Shown: one piece after another, positions 48,688 through 58,576 of the stretch | Position numbering within the stretch: the first letter of the stretch is position 1 | Layout: each line of letters starts with the position of its first letter | Source of the DNA: Aquificaceae bacterium | GTDB taxonomy: Bacteria > Aquificota > Aquificia > Aquificales > Aquificaceae | Direction: 5' to 3' | Assembly: GCA_039630345.1 (NCBI GenBank) | Contig: JBCNVD010000039.1 | Location: 1 to 64,000, forward strand | DNA length: 64,000 nt | Position numbers and translations under genes: made by a program | The notes under the pieces: model-generated | Database searches by the model: none | What the model saw: only the letters and a program-made list of their open reading frames with translations | What the model was told of the DNA's origin: nothing

Positions 48688-49259
48688 AAGCCAGCTATTG
48701 GCAAAAGGGGCTTTTGGTTGCAGGCGTTGACGAGGTTGGAAGAGGCGCCGTAGCGGGACCTTTGGTTGCCTGCGCGGTCATTTTAAAGCCTTTTTGTAAT
48801 CTCCCTTTGAAAGACTCTAAAAAGCTCTCAAAAAAGAGGCGAAAAGAGCTCTCTGGGCTTATTAGAGATAGCTGCGTCTCTATCGGCATAGGGGTTGTCG
48901 ATAGCGCACTTATTGACTCTGTGGGTATTTCAAGGGCAAATATAATTGCCATGAAGAGAGCTCTTGAGGATTTAAAGACTGAGTTTGATGTAGTTATTAG
49001 CGACTACTTTAGCATTGATGGTTATAGATGTGTTTCTTTTGCCAAAGCTGACGAGAAGAGTCTTTGCTGTGCAGCCTCGAGCATAGTTGCAAAGACCTTT
49101 AGAGACGAGATAATGAGCCACTTTGATAAAGTTTTTAAACCCTACGGGTTTGAAAAAAATGTTGGATATTTAACCAGGAGTCATCTAAAAGCCCTTAAAG
49201 AGTTTGGTCCCTGTGAAATTCACAGGTTTAGCTTTAGCCCGTTAAAAGACCTTGTCTGA
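48663..49259 (+). CDS. rnhB: Ribonuclease HII
   Basis: [23 protein letters not shown]. Confidence 0.95.
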   Translation: MGAEEKGLEASYWQKGLLVAGVDEVGRGAVAGPLVACAVILKPFCNLPLKDSKKLSKKRRKELSGLIRDSCVSIGIGVVDSALIDSVGISRANIIAMKRALEDLKTEFDVVISDYFSIDGYRCVSFAKADEKSLCCAASSIVAKTFRDEIMSHFDKVFKPYGFEKNVGYLTRSHLKALKEFGPCEIHRFSFSPLKDLV

Positions 49260-50112
49260 ATATATCCATAAACCTGTAATGCTTAAAGAGGTTTGCGAGA
49301 TTTTATCCTCCTGTAATGTAGTTCTTGATTGCACTCTTGGGCTTGGGGGGCACGCAGAGGCTTTATTAAGAGCCAACAAAAACCTGAGACTTATAGGCAT
49401 TGATAGAGACGAAAGGGCTCTTGAAGTTGCAAAAAAGAGGCTATCCGCCTTTGGCGATAGGGTAAGTATCTACCACGCTAGCTTTGATAGCCTTGATGAG
49501 GTTTTAAAGCTTGAAAAAATATCCTCTTTAGAGGGCGTTTTCTTTGACCTTGGCGTTTCCATGCTTCAGCTAAAAGAGGGCGAGGGCTTTTCCTTTCAAA
49601 GAGATGAGTTTCTGGATATGAGAATGGATAGGCGTCAGAGTTTGAATGCGTGGAAGGTTGTTAATTCCTATCCCGAGAGAGAGCTTGAGAGAATCTTTAG
49701 AGAATACGGCGAGGAGAGACTTTCCCGCCCTCTGGCAAAGGCCATAGCCCTTGCAAGGGTCAAAAAACCAATACACACTACAGGCGAGCTCCTTGAAATT
49801 CTCATGCAGGTATTTAAAAACAAAAGGGGCAAAATACATCCGGCAACCCGCGTCTTCCAGGCTCTTAGGATAGAAGTTAATGATGAGATAAATAAGCTCA
49901 AACGCGCGCTTTTAAGCGCAAACGAGCATTGCCCTCCTGGGGCAAGGATTCTGGCCATTAGCTTCCACTCTCTTGAGGATAGGATAGTCAAAAACTTCAT
50001 AAAAAAACACACAAAGCCTCTTTTTAAAAAACCACTTACGCCGTCTTTTGAAGAAAGAGCTCAAAACCCCTCAAGCAGGAGCGCAAAGCTAAGAGCAGGT
50101 GTTAAAATCTAA
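49252..50112 (+). CDS. rsmH: 16S rRNA m4C1402 methyltransferase
   Basis: HKPVM, DCTLGLGGH, DLGVS, LDMRMD, HPATRVFQALRI, SFHSLEDR. Confidence 0.97.
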   Translation: MSEYIHKPVMLKEVCEILSSCNVVLDCTLGLGGHAEALLRANKNLRLIGIDRDERALEVAKKRLSAFGDRVSIYHASFDSLDEVLKLEKISSLEGVFFDLGVSMLQLKEGEGFSFQRDEFLDMRMDRRQSLNAWKVVNSYPERELERIFREYGEERLSRPLAKAIALARVKKPIHTTGELLEILMQVFKNKRGKIHPATRVFQALRIEVNDEINKLKRALLSANEHCPPGARILAISFHSLEDRIVKNFIKKHTKPLFKKPLTPSFEERAQNPSSRSAKLRAGVKI

Positions 50113-50114
50113 TT

Positions 50115-50366
50115 GTGAAGTTTTACATACTTGGGGTTATTTTTCTGATTTTAAACATTATCTATTCTTCTTTTGCCCTCAAGGTTGCAAAAGAGCATGC
50201 CAGAAAAGTCTCCTCTTTAAAGCAGGAGATGGAACTAAGGTCCAGACTAAAGCTAGAGATTCAAAGCCAGATAAACTACAAAACTGCCCGCCAGCATGCC
50301 CTTAAAGAAAAATACTTCAGCATAGACTGGAACAAGGTCAAAATTTTGGAGCTTCCTCAAGACTGA
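50115..50366 (+). CDS. FtsL-like small cell-division protein
   Basis: TM plus coiled coil, directly downstream of rsmH (the usual ftsL position). Confidence 0.55.
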   Translation: MKFYILGVIFLILNIIYSSFALKVAKEHARKVSSLKQEMELRSRLKLEIQSQINYKTARQHALKEKYFSIDWNKVKILELPQD

Positions 50367-51523
50367 GGCTTTATAATGTAAAAGCCTCTTTTTCCAAGCT
50401 GTATCTCAAGAGATATTTTTACATCAACCTCTAGGTTTGGATCTATTAGCTTCTCGCCGTTTATTTTTATGCCTCCGCCCGTAATTAATCTCCAGAGGGC
50501 ATTTTTAGACATTCCTGAGTTTATAAGAGCAAGCAGGTCTATTAGCCTGTATCTTCCGGGATTTACATTTATAATTTCCGCATCTTTTGGGAATTTTCTT
50601 TCTGAAAATACACTTTGAAAATATTCAAGTGCGTCTTGAGCCTCGCTTTCTGAGTTTAGAGCTTTTGTTATTTCAAAAGCAAGGAGCTTTTTTGCCTTCA
50701 TGGGATGTTCTTTTATAAGGCTTTGAAACTCCTTTTCTTCAATGTCTGTTAAGAGCCTGAAGTATTCTTCCATTAATGTATCAGGTATTGACATTATCTT
50801 GCCAAACATTTCTCTTGGTTTTTCGGTTATTCGAATGTAATTTCCGTAAGATTTTGACATCTTCCTCTGACCATCAAGCCCAACTAAAAGTGGCATCATC
50901 ATACAAACCTGAGGCTCTTGCCCCTGCTCTTTTTGAAGCTCTCTTCCTACTAGGAGGTTAAACTTCTGGTCTGTTCCTCCTAGCTCTAGATCCGACTGGA
51001 TAAAAACAGAATCATACCCCTGAAGCAGAGGATAAAATAGCTCGTGCAGGAATATTGGATTTTGGTTTTTAAAGCGCATTGAAAAGTCGTCTCTTTCGAG
51101 CATTCTTGCAAGCGTCCACTTTGCAAGAAGTTTTATTGTCCCTTCAGTTCCAAGGGCTTTAAGCCACTCTGAGTTAAAAACTACCTTGGTTTTTTCTCTA
51201 ATTAATACCTTAAAAGCCTGCTCCTGGTAGGTTTTTGCGTTTTGTTCAATTTCTGAGTGTGTTAGCGCAGGTCTTACGCTGCTTCTGCCTGTTGGATCTC
51301 CAATTAATGCGGTAAAATCCCCAACTATCAAAATAACTTCGTGCCCTTCTTCCTGAAATTGCCTGAGTTTTCTTAACAAAACCATGTGTCCAAGGTGCAA
51401 ATCAGGGGCAGTTGGGTCAAACCCTGCCTTTACCCTGAGAGGTCTATTTAGCTTTAGTTTCTGTTTTAGTTCTTCCTCAGATATTATCTCAGATGCGTTT
51501 TTTGCGAGCTTTTCAAAGCTCAT
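50357..51523 (-). CDS. tyrS: Tyrosyl-tRNA synthetase
   Basis: GFDPTAPDLHLGH, GGTDQ, KMSKS, C-terminal S4. Confidence 0.97.
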   Translation of the reverse strand: MSFEKLAKNASEIISEEELKQKLKLNRPLRVKAGFDPTAPDLHLGHMVLLRKLRQFQEEGHEVILIVGDFTALIGDPTGRSSVRPALTHSEIEQNAKTYQEQAFKVLIREKTKVVFNSEWLKALGTEGTIKLLAKWTLARMLERDDFSMRFKNQNPIFLHELFYPLLQGYDSVFIQSDLELGGTDQKFNLLVGRELQKEQGQEPQVCMMMPLLVGLDGQRKMSKSYGNYIRITEKPREMFGKIMSIPDTLMEEYFRLLTDIEEKEFQSLIKEHPMKAKKLLAFEITKALNSESEAQDALEYFQSVFSERKFPKDAEIINVNPGRYRLIDLLALINSGMSKNALWRLITGGGIKINGEKLIDPNLEVDVKISLEIQLGKRGFYIIKPQS

Positions 51524-51545
51524 GGGCTTATATTATAAAACTCTA

Positions 51546-52832
51546 ATGCGAGCTATTTTTCTCTTTAAAAGAGACCTGAGACTCAAAGACAACAGAGCTC
51601 TTGAGTTTGCCGTAAGAAACTTCTCCCAGATAGTGCCTGTTTTTATATTCGATAATGATATTTTAAACAATTTAAAGGTAGATTCAAAGAGATTAAGCTA
51701 CATAGTTGAGGCTCTGGAAATAATTAGTCAAAAAATAAAGCTTTATTGTTTAAAAGACAACACCATTAGCGCTCTAAAGCGCGTCTTTGAGATCGCCCGC
51801 CCCAAGGCGTTTATAGAGAGCAAACCCCTAACATGGTCTGGCAAAGAGCGCTCATATAAAATATCTTCTCTTTGCAAAGAGTATGGAATTGAGTATTATG
51901 CTATTCTGGATAATGTTATTGCACCCATTTTTGATATTTCCCCAACGCAGGTTTTTACGCCCTTTTACAAAAAGTGGATAAATTTCGTCGACATTTCCAG
52001 AAGTGATATCCCTGATTTTAGCGTTCCTGATTTAAACCTTCCTCTTTTAAAGGATATAAAACCCCAGCTATATACTGAAAAGCTAAATATCTTTTCACCC
52101 AGAGATTGCAAAGACAGAATGCTTAATTTTGACTATAGCTCTTATCAAGAGAAGCGAAACTCCCCTGCAATAGACGGCACTTCAAAGCTATCGCCCTGCA
52201 TAAGGTTTGGAATCCTATCCCCAAGAGAGATATTCTCTTTTGTTTTAAATAAGAGCGAACAATTTATAAAAGAGCTGGCCTGGAGAGAGTTCTGGTATCA
52301 CATCAGCTGGCACTATCCACAGTCCAAAGACCTTGAATTAAACCCCAAAAGACAGGGCATAAGGTGGCAAAACGACCAGCACCTGATTGATGCTTTTTTA
52401 AATGCAAAAACCGGCTACCCGATAGTTGACGCTGGCATAAGACAGCTAACTCAGGAAAAGTGGCTTCACAACAGAGTCAGGATGATAGTAGCAAGCTTTT
52501 TAACCAAGGTCTTACTGGTTGATTGGCGAATCGGCGAACGATTTTTTATGGAGCATCTTATAGACTATGATGAGGCTGTAAATACCCATAGCTGGCAATG
52601 GAGCGCTTCAGTAGGCGCAGACCCCAGACCTTTTAGACTTTTTAATCCAATGCTTCAATCAAGCAGACATGACCCAGATTGCATTTACATAAAGCGCTAT
52701 ATCCCAGAGCTCTCAGGCGAGGATTGTGAGGCTTTGCACGACCCTCTTAAATTCAAACTAAAGTATCATAAGCCCGTGGTTAACTACTATGAGAGAATAG
52801 CCCTTGCCAGAGAGGTTTATAGGTTAAGGTAA
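51546..52832 (+). CDS. phr: Deoxyribodipyrimidine photolyase/cryptochrome family protein
   Basis: FKRDLRLKDN, TSKLSP, ELAWREF, TGYPIVDAG, HNRVRM, WQW; ATG 51546 chosen as start. Confidence 0.92.
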   Translation: MRAIFLFKRDLRLKDNRALEFAVRNFSQIVPVFIFDNDILNNLKVDSKRLSYIVEALEIISQKIKLYCLKDNTISALKRVFEIARPKAFIESKPLTWSGKERSYKISSLCKEYGIEYYAILDNVIAPIFDISPTQVFTPFYKKWINFVDISRSDIPDFSVPDLNLPLLKDIKPQLYTEKLNIFSPRDCKDRMLNFDYSSYQEKRNSPAIDGTSKLSPCIRFGILSPREIFSFVLNKSEQFIKELAWREFWYHISWHYPQSKDLELNPKRQGIRWQNDQHLIDAFLNAKTGYPIVDAGIRQLTQEKWLHNRVRMIVASFLTKVLLVDWRIGERFFMEHLIDYDEAVNTHSWQWSASVGADPRPFRLFNPMLQSSRHDPDCIYIKRYIPELSGEDCEALHDPLKFKLKYHKPVVNYYERIALAREVYRLR

Positions 52833-53548
52833 TCTCTCAGAGCTTTAGCTCCTTCTCTGCTTGTTTTTATCGTTTCGTTAATTTCTTTAAATTGTATTGC
52901 GTATTTGCTTTGCTCTACGCTTTTCATCTCTTTTACTTTGCTGAGATTTATCAAATATGAGCGATGAACTCTAAAGAAGTTATAGGGGCGAAGTTGCTCT
53001 TCAAGCTCGTAGAGTTTTTTGCTAAGGGGTAAAGAGCCGTCTTTTGTGCGAACTGTTACCTCGCCCATTTCAGCCTGGACATAGAAAACCTCGTGCGGGT
53101 TTATAAAGATTATTTTGTTGCCAATTCTTGCAGGTATTAGCGGTTTTTCGGCTTTAATGAAGTTTATTACCTGGTTTGTGTTGGACTTTTTTTCCACAAC
53201 CTTGTCCAGCGCTTTTTGCAGGTCTTCCAGAGAAAATGGCTTTAGAAGGTAATCAACTGCGTTTACCCTGAAAGCATCCAGAGCGTATTCCCCGTAAGCT
53301 GTGGTAAAGATAATATATGGCTTTAGCCCAAGGAGAAGAACCTCTTTTGCAAGGTCAAGACCTGTGCCGTCTGGCAGGCGAATGTCTAAAAATATAACAT
53401 CAGGTGAGTGCTTTTGCAGGAGTTGTTTGGCTTCTGCTACGCTGCTTGCAACCGCAACTACCTTCCCCCTTGCATCTTGAGAAATTAATCTGGTGATTCT
53501 CTGAACCGCTATTGGCTCATCTTCCACTACAAGTATCTTTAGCTCCAT
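52817..53548 (-). CDS. LytTR family response regulator
   Basis: EDE, FLDI, FTTAY, DYLLKP, FFRVHRSYLIN. Confidence 0.95.
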   Translation of the reverse strand: MELKILVVEDEPIAVQRITRLISQDARGKVVAVASSVAEAKQLLQKHSPDVIFLDIRLPDGTGLDLAKEVLLLGLKPYIIFTTAYGEYALDAFRVNAVDYLLKPFSLEDLQKALDKVVEKKSNTNQVINFIKAEKPLIPARIGNKIIFINPHEVFYVQAEMGEVTVRTKDGSLPLSKKLYELEEQLRPYNFFRVHRSYLINLSKVKEMKSVEQSKYAIQFKEINETIKTSREGAKALRDYLNL

Positions 53549-53551
53549 AAG

Positions 53552-54703
53552 TTAAACCATATTCCCCTGTCCGCTACTTTCATTGGCGGATTTTGATACT
53601 TTACTTAAAAGTATACGCCTCTCATAGATGAGTGCAAGACTAAATAAAGTGGTAAAAATCAAAGGCCCTAAAAATATCCCCACAAAACCAAAGGTCAAAA
53701 GCCCACCAACTATTGAGAAAAACAGTGCTATATAAGGTATATCAAGCCCAAGTTTCATAATGAGCGGTCTTATGATGTTGTCTATGGTGGATATAATAAG
53801 CATTCCATAAAATAGCAGTATCAAGGCGTTTGTAATTCCCTTATCAAAAAATAGATATACCACTACAGGAAACCATACAAACCCCGCGCCAAAAGGCGGG
53901 ATAAAGGAGCTAAAGAACGTTATAACTGATAACAAAGTGGCATAATGTATGCCTGCAAGTTTATATCCAAGAAAACTAACAAGCCCCTGAGCGGTTGCTA
54001 CCCCGATTGCGCCATAAACTGTAGCAAGAATCGTTTTGTAAATGGTTAGAAAAACGCTCTGGACATCCTCTTCGTGCATTGGCAGAAATCTTTTACCAAA
54101 CTCTATAAATCTCGGGCCATCTTTTAAAATAAAGAAAAGTGTCAGTAAAAACACAAAAGACTTGAAGAAAAACCCTATAAGCATAGGCACCAGCTTTGTC
54201 ATAAGCCCCACTAGCTTTTGAAGCTGATCTCTTAAGCTATTTAAGAGCGCATTTTTAAGAGCGTCGGAGCTTAGATAACTTTCTATGCTCTTGGTTAATT
54301 CTTCGCCAAGGAAGGTCTTAAGAACAGGAAGCCCAAGAATTTTTTGTTTCAAAACGTCAAACTGACCTTGCTGTGTGAATGTAACTATGTAGCTAATAGC
54401 ATCCACAGATTGTCTTAGCGTTATTGCAACTATCACACTGAAAGGTACTACCACCAGAATCAAAACCCCAAGACTTAAAATCAGCGCAGATAGAATATTG
54501 CTTTTGATTAAAGACCTGAGCTTTAGATGAACCGGATATAAAACCAGCGAAAAGATTATCGCCCACAGGATGGGCTTTAGAAAAGGCACAAGCATCAAAA
54601 GCGACAAAAAAGAAAAAAACGCGGTTAAAGCCAGCGTAAAATAGATAAAGAGCTTATTTTTTAACTCTTGTTCTTGCACGGATAATCCTGAAAGCGTATC
54701 CAC
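53552..54703 (-). CDS. AI-2E family transporter
   Basis: Multi-TM; DNIIRP, GG...FG..GIFLGP. Confidence 0.9.
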   Translation of the reverse strand: MDTLSGLSVQEQELKNKLFIYFTLALTAFFSFLSLLMLVPFLKPILWAIIFSLVLYPVHLKLRSLIKSNILSALILSLGVLILVVVPFSVIVAITLRQSVDAISYIVTFTQQGQFDVLKQKILGLPVLKTFLGEELTKSIESYLSSDALKNALLNSLRDQLQKLVGLMTKLVPMLIGFFFKSFVFLLTLFFILKDGPRFIEFGKRFLPMHEEDVQSVFLTIYKTILATVYGAIGVATAQGLVSFLGYKLAGIHYATLLSVITFFSSFIPPFGAGFVWFPVVVYLFFDKGITNALILLFYGMLIISTIDNIIRPLIMKLGLDIPYIALFFSIVGGLLTFGFVGIFLGPLIFTTLFSLALIYERRILLSKVSKSANESSGQGNMV

Positions 54704-54754
54704 TTAAAAATAGCAGGAAAACTACGGCAATGATATATAGCAGTATAAGAGACT

Positions 54755-55600
54755 TCATATTTCAATGTGAGCGTGGCGGTTTGCGTGGCATTGAATGTTT
54801 ACTGCAACTGGCAAGGATGCTATGTGACAGGGATACATTTCTACCTTTACATCAATTGCGGTAACCTTTCCCCCAAAGCCCATCGGTCCCCAGCCTATTT
54901 TGTTAACTTCCTCAAGGAGCTGCTCTTCAATCCTTCGCGCAAGCGAGTTTTGATTTTCTTCCCCTATTGGTCTAAGAAGAGCTCTTTTTGCCAAGATTGC
55001 GCAAAGCTCGAAGTTTCCTCCTATGCCAACCCCTATGGTCATTGGTGGGCAGGCGTTTGGACCTGCCAGGCGAACCGTTTCTATGACGAAGTTTTTGACC
55101 CCTTCGTAGCCATCGGCAGGCTTTAGCATCGCAAGGCGCGAAGTGTTTTCAGAGCCTGCGCCCTTTGGCGCGATTGTGATTTTGAGTTTATCACCTTTGA
55201 CTATCCTGTAGTGAATGATTGCGGGTGTGTTGTCTTTTGTGTTTTTCCTCTCAAAAATTGGGTCATTTACCATAGAAGCTCTTAAATAGCCTTCTGTATA
55301 TGCCTGACGGATGCCTTCGTTGATGGCATCTTCTATGTGATCTCCTTCTATAAGAACCTCCTGACCTATGTCTACAAAAACAACCGCAACCCCTGTGTCC
55401 TGACAGTATGCCATTTGCTCTTCTTTTGCCATTTTTGCATTCAGTATTATTTGATTAAGAACCTCCTTTCCTACCTCTGATTCTTCTCTTTTTTGCGCCA
55501 ATTTAAAGGCTGATATTACATCCTCTGGAAGGCTGTAGTTTGCCTCCATCGCGAGCTTTTTAACAGCTTTTATAATTTCCGCGGAGTTAATGACCCTCAT
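54755..55600 (-). CDS. Class I fumarate hydratase, alpha subunit
   Basis: CQDTG, KGAGSEN, ACPP..GVGIGG, HIASLPVAVNIQCHA. Confidence 0.9.
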   Translation of the reverse strand: MRVINSAEIIKAVKKLAMEANYSLPEDVISAFKLAQKREESEVGKEVLNQIILNAKMAKEEQMAYCQDTGVAVVFVDIGQEVLIEGDHIEDAINEGIRQAYTEGYLRASMVNDPIFERKNTKDNTPAIIHYRIVKGDKLKITIAPKGAGSENTSRLAMLKPADGYEGVKNFVIETVRLAGPNACPPMTIGVGIGGNFELCAILAKRALLRPIGEENQNSLARRIEEQLLEEVNKIGWGPMGFGGKVTAIDVKVEMYPCHIASLPVAVNIQCHANRHAHIEI

Positions 55601-56582
55601 TGATAAGTTCCTCTACCAGTTTGATGTTTTTTCTAACAGATTCAACTGATTTTTGCCACATTTCCCTTTCAATATCGGTCATGGGTATTTTTATTATTTC
55701 CTCAACCCCGTCGTTACCAAGGCGCACAGGCACCCCAACGCAAAGACCTTCTGCTCCATAATATCTTCCTGCCTCACCTGTTAAGAAAGCAGAGCAGGGC
55801 ATTATTCTTTTGTTGTCTTTGACGATAGCTTCAACCATTTCCACAATTGACGCAGCAGGTGCGTGGTATGCGGAAGTTCCCATGAGGTCTACTATTTCGC
55901 CACCGCCGAATTGGGTTCTTTTTACAATCTCCTGGAGCTTTTCCGGGCTTATGAGGTCTTTTATGGGTATCCCGCATATATTTGAGATAGATATCAAAGG
56001 CACCATCTCATCCCCGTGTCCGCCTATTACATAAGAGTAAACATCCTGAGGTGAGATTTTTAGCTCTTTTGAGATAAAGGTTTTAAACCTTGCAGAGTCC
56101 AAAGTTCCTGCCATCCCCAGGACTCTTCTATATTCATTCAGATACTTACAAACAGCGTATGTCATTAAATCTACCGGGTTTGTAACAACAACCACTATCG
56201 CCTCTGGCGAGTAGGTTTTTATCGCTTTTGCTACTGTTTTCATAATCCCGAGGTTTTTCTCAAGCAGGTCTTCCCGACTCATTCCGGGTCTTCTTGCAAA
56301 TCCTGCAGTAATTACTACTATGTCGCTACCTTCCAGAGCTTCATACCCTTCGCCTTCCTGAGTTACGCAAAAGCCCTCTACGCGCCCGTCTATATTAAGG
56401 GCGCTAAGCATCTGGGAAATGTCCATCGCCTTGCCCTTAACCGGCTCTATGGTTCTATCCCCGTCTTTTTTAGGAAGGTCAAACATCTTTACATCCACAA
56501 GCCCTCTAAGGGCAAGCAAACTGGCAGTGTGCTCACCTACATTCCCCGCCCCTATAACCGATACAACTTTCCTTAGCTTCAT
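55587..56582 (-). CDS. mdh: Malate dehydrogenase (LDH-like)
   Basis: GAGNVG, TAG..RRPGMSREDL, NPVD, GGHGD, GGGEIV. Confidence 0.93.
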   Translation of the reverse strand: MKLRKVVSVIGAGNVGEHTASLLALRGLVDVKMFDLPKKDGDRTIEPVKGKAMDISQMLSALNIDGRVEGFCVTQEGEGYEALEGSDIVVITAGFARRPGMSREDLLEKNLGIMKTVAKAIKTYSPEAIVVVVTNPVDLMTYAVCKYLNEYRRVLGMAGTLDSARFKTFISKELKISPQDVYSYVIGGHGDEMVPLISISNICGIPIKDLISPEKLQEIVKRTQFGGGEIVDLMGTSAYHAPAASIVEMVEAIVKDNKRIMPCSAFLTGEAGRYYGAEGLCVGVPVRLGNDGVEEIIKIPMTDIEREMWQKSVESVRKNIKLVEELINEGH

Positions 56583-58552
56583 CTTTGAGCCTCTTGCTGA
56601 CTTTTTATCCAGCTTAATAGACCACCTTTTATTAAAACATCAATCTGCTTTGGTGTTAAGCTAAATTTGCACTCTATTTCTCTCCCTGAAGGTTCGTGAA
56701 GGACTTTTATGTTTTTCCCGAGCTTTAGGCTCTCGTGTATATTCTTAATGAGCAGCACATCACCCTGGTTTAAAAGCTGGTAATCTTCGGGATTTACAAA
56801 CTCTAAAGGCAAAACGCCAAAATTTACCAGATTTGAGTGATGAATCCTTGCAAAAGACTTTGCAATTACCACTCTTACCCCTAAAAATCTAGGCGCAAGC
56901 GCGGCATGCTCTCTTGAAGAGCCCTGACCGTAGTTTTCCCCACCCACTATTGCAAGAGAGAACCCCTCTTCGCTATAGCTCTTTGCCCGCTTTACAAAAT
57001 CCGGGTCAAGCAAATGAAACACATACTCACTTATTGCGTATATGTTGGATCTCAAGGGCAGTATCTTTGCACCTGCGGGCATGATGTGGTCTGTGGTGAT
57101 GTTGTCAGATACCTTGATGCTGACTTTTAACTTAAGATTATCCAAAAGCGCCTCAAAGTCAGGCAAGGGCTTTATATTTGGACCTCTATATATTTCTACC
57201 TTTTTGGATTCTTCCTCGCTTAAAGGTTCTATAAAAGCCTCATGACCATAAGGGAATTTCTCAGGCAAATCTATGTAGCTCCAGCTAATTGAAAACTCCT
57301 TTGCCACATCTCTTGGGTCTTTGATTTCTCCTGCCAGAGCACTTGCTACGCAGACCTCGGGCGATGCCAGATAAACTTTGGCATCAGGGGTTCCTGATCT
57401 TCCTTCGAAGTTTCTGTTAAAGCTCCTTAAAGACACCCCACCGCTTGGGGGCGCAAAGCCCATACCTATGCATGGACCGCAGGCGCTCTCAAGGATTCTT
57501 GCCCCCGCTCTTAGAAAATCAAGCAATACCCCATTCTGGGTAATTAGCTCAAGCGCCTGCTTTGAGCCGGGCGCTATGGCAAATATTACATCCTGATGGA
57601 CTTTTTTATCTCTTAGCATAAGACCAGCTCTTAACAGGTCTACATAAGAAGAGTTAGTGCATGAGCCTATCACAACCTGGTCTACTTTCACCCCTTTAAT
57701 ATCTCTTACCTTTGCGACATTGTCAGGCGAGTGCGGACAGGCAATCAAAGGCTCAAGCTCGCCAAGGTCTATTTCTATAACTTCATCGTAAACTGCGTCT
57801 TTATCAGGGAGCAGCTCTATCCAGTCTTTTTCTCTGCCCTGGGCTTTAAGGTAAGCCCTTGTTATCTCGTCAGAAGGAAAAAGAGAGCAAGTGGCTCCAA
57901 GTTCTGCGCCCATATTTGTGATGGTTGAACGCTCGGGCAAAGATAAACACTTTATCCCCTCGCCAAAGTATTCAAAGATTTTTCCAACCCCTCCTTTTAC
58001 GCTGAGTCTTCTTAAGAGTTCTAATATGATGTCTTTTGCGCTAACCCAGGGTCTTAGACTGCCTTTTAAGTGAATGCCCACTATCTTTGGCATTTTCATA
58101 TAAAAAGGCTGACCTGCCATGGCGCTTGCTACTTCGAGCCCTCCAGCACCTATTGCTATCATAGCCATTGCCCCGCAGGTTGGGGTATGCGAATCAGACC
58201 CAAGCAGGGTCTTTCCGGGCTTTGCAAAGCGCTCTAAATGGACCTGATGACATATGCCGTTTCCGGGTTTTGAAAGCCAGATTCCAAAGCGTTTTGCAAC
58301 GCTCATAAGGTATTTATGGTCGTCAGGGTTTTTAAAGTCTGTCTGGAGCATATTGTGGTCTATATAGCTAACAGAGAGCTCTGTTTTGACTCTGTTTATG
58401 CCCATTGCCTCAAGTTGCAAATAAGCCATCGTGCCTGTCGCATCCTGAGTCAGCGTCTGGTCTATTTTGATAGCTATTTCCTCACCAGGCGATGGCTTGC
58501 CATAAACCAAATGAGATTGCAAAATCTTATTAGCTACACTGCCCCTTGCCAT
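56579..58552 (-). CDS. Aconitate hydratase (Aquifex type)
   Basis: QDATG, GSDSHT, GSCTN, CGPCIG, NRNFEGR, GSSREHA. Confidence 0.92.
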   Translation of the reverse strand: MARGSVANKILQSHLVYGKPSPGEEIAIKIDQTLTQDATGTMAYLQLEAMGINRVKTELSVSYIDHNMLQTDFKNPDDHKYLMSVAKRFGIWLSKPGNGICHQVHLERFAKPGKTLLGSDSHTPTCGAMAMIAIGAGGLEVASAMAGQPFYMKMPKIVGIHLKGSLRPWVSAKDIILELLRRLSVKGGVGKIFEYFGEGIKCLSLPERSTITNMGAELGATCSLFPSDEITRAYLKAQGREKDWIELLPDKDAVYDEVIEIDLGELEPLIACPHSPDNVAKVRDIKGVKVDQVVIGSCTNSSYVDLLRAGLMLRDKKVHQDVIFAIAPGSKQALELITQNGVLLDFLRAGARILESACGPCIGMGFAPPSGGVSLRSFNRNFEGRSGTPDAKVYLASPEVCVASALAGEIKDPRDVAKEFSISWSYIDLPEKFPYGHEAFIEPLSEEESKKVEIYRGPNIKPLPDFEALLDNLKLKVSIKVSDNITTDHIMPAGAKILPLRSNIYAISEYVFHLLDPDFVKRAKSYSEEGFSLAIVGGENYGQGSSREHAALAPRFLGVRVVIAKSFARIHHSNLVNFGVLPLEFVNPEDYQLLNQGDVLLIKNIHESLKLGKNIKVLHEPSGREIECKFSLTPKQIDVLIKGGLLSWIKSQQEAQR

Positions 58553-58576
58553 CTTTGCCTCCAGTATAATCGCTTA

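Noticed and set aside
51384..51545. Long N-terminal extension of photolyase in the ORF track (likewise malQ 58316-58576 and wzt 32410-32541)
   Set aside because: The extensions overlap other confident genes, and family-typical N-termini begin at the downstream starts
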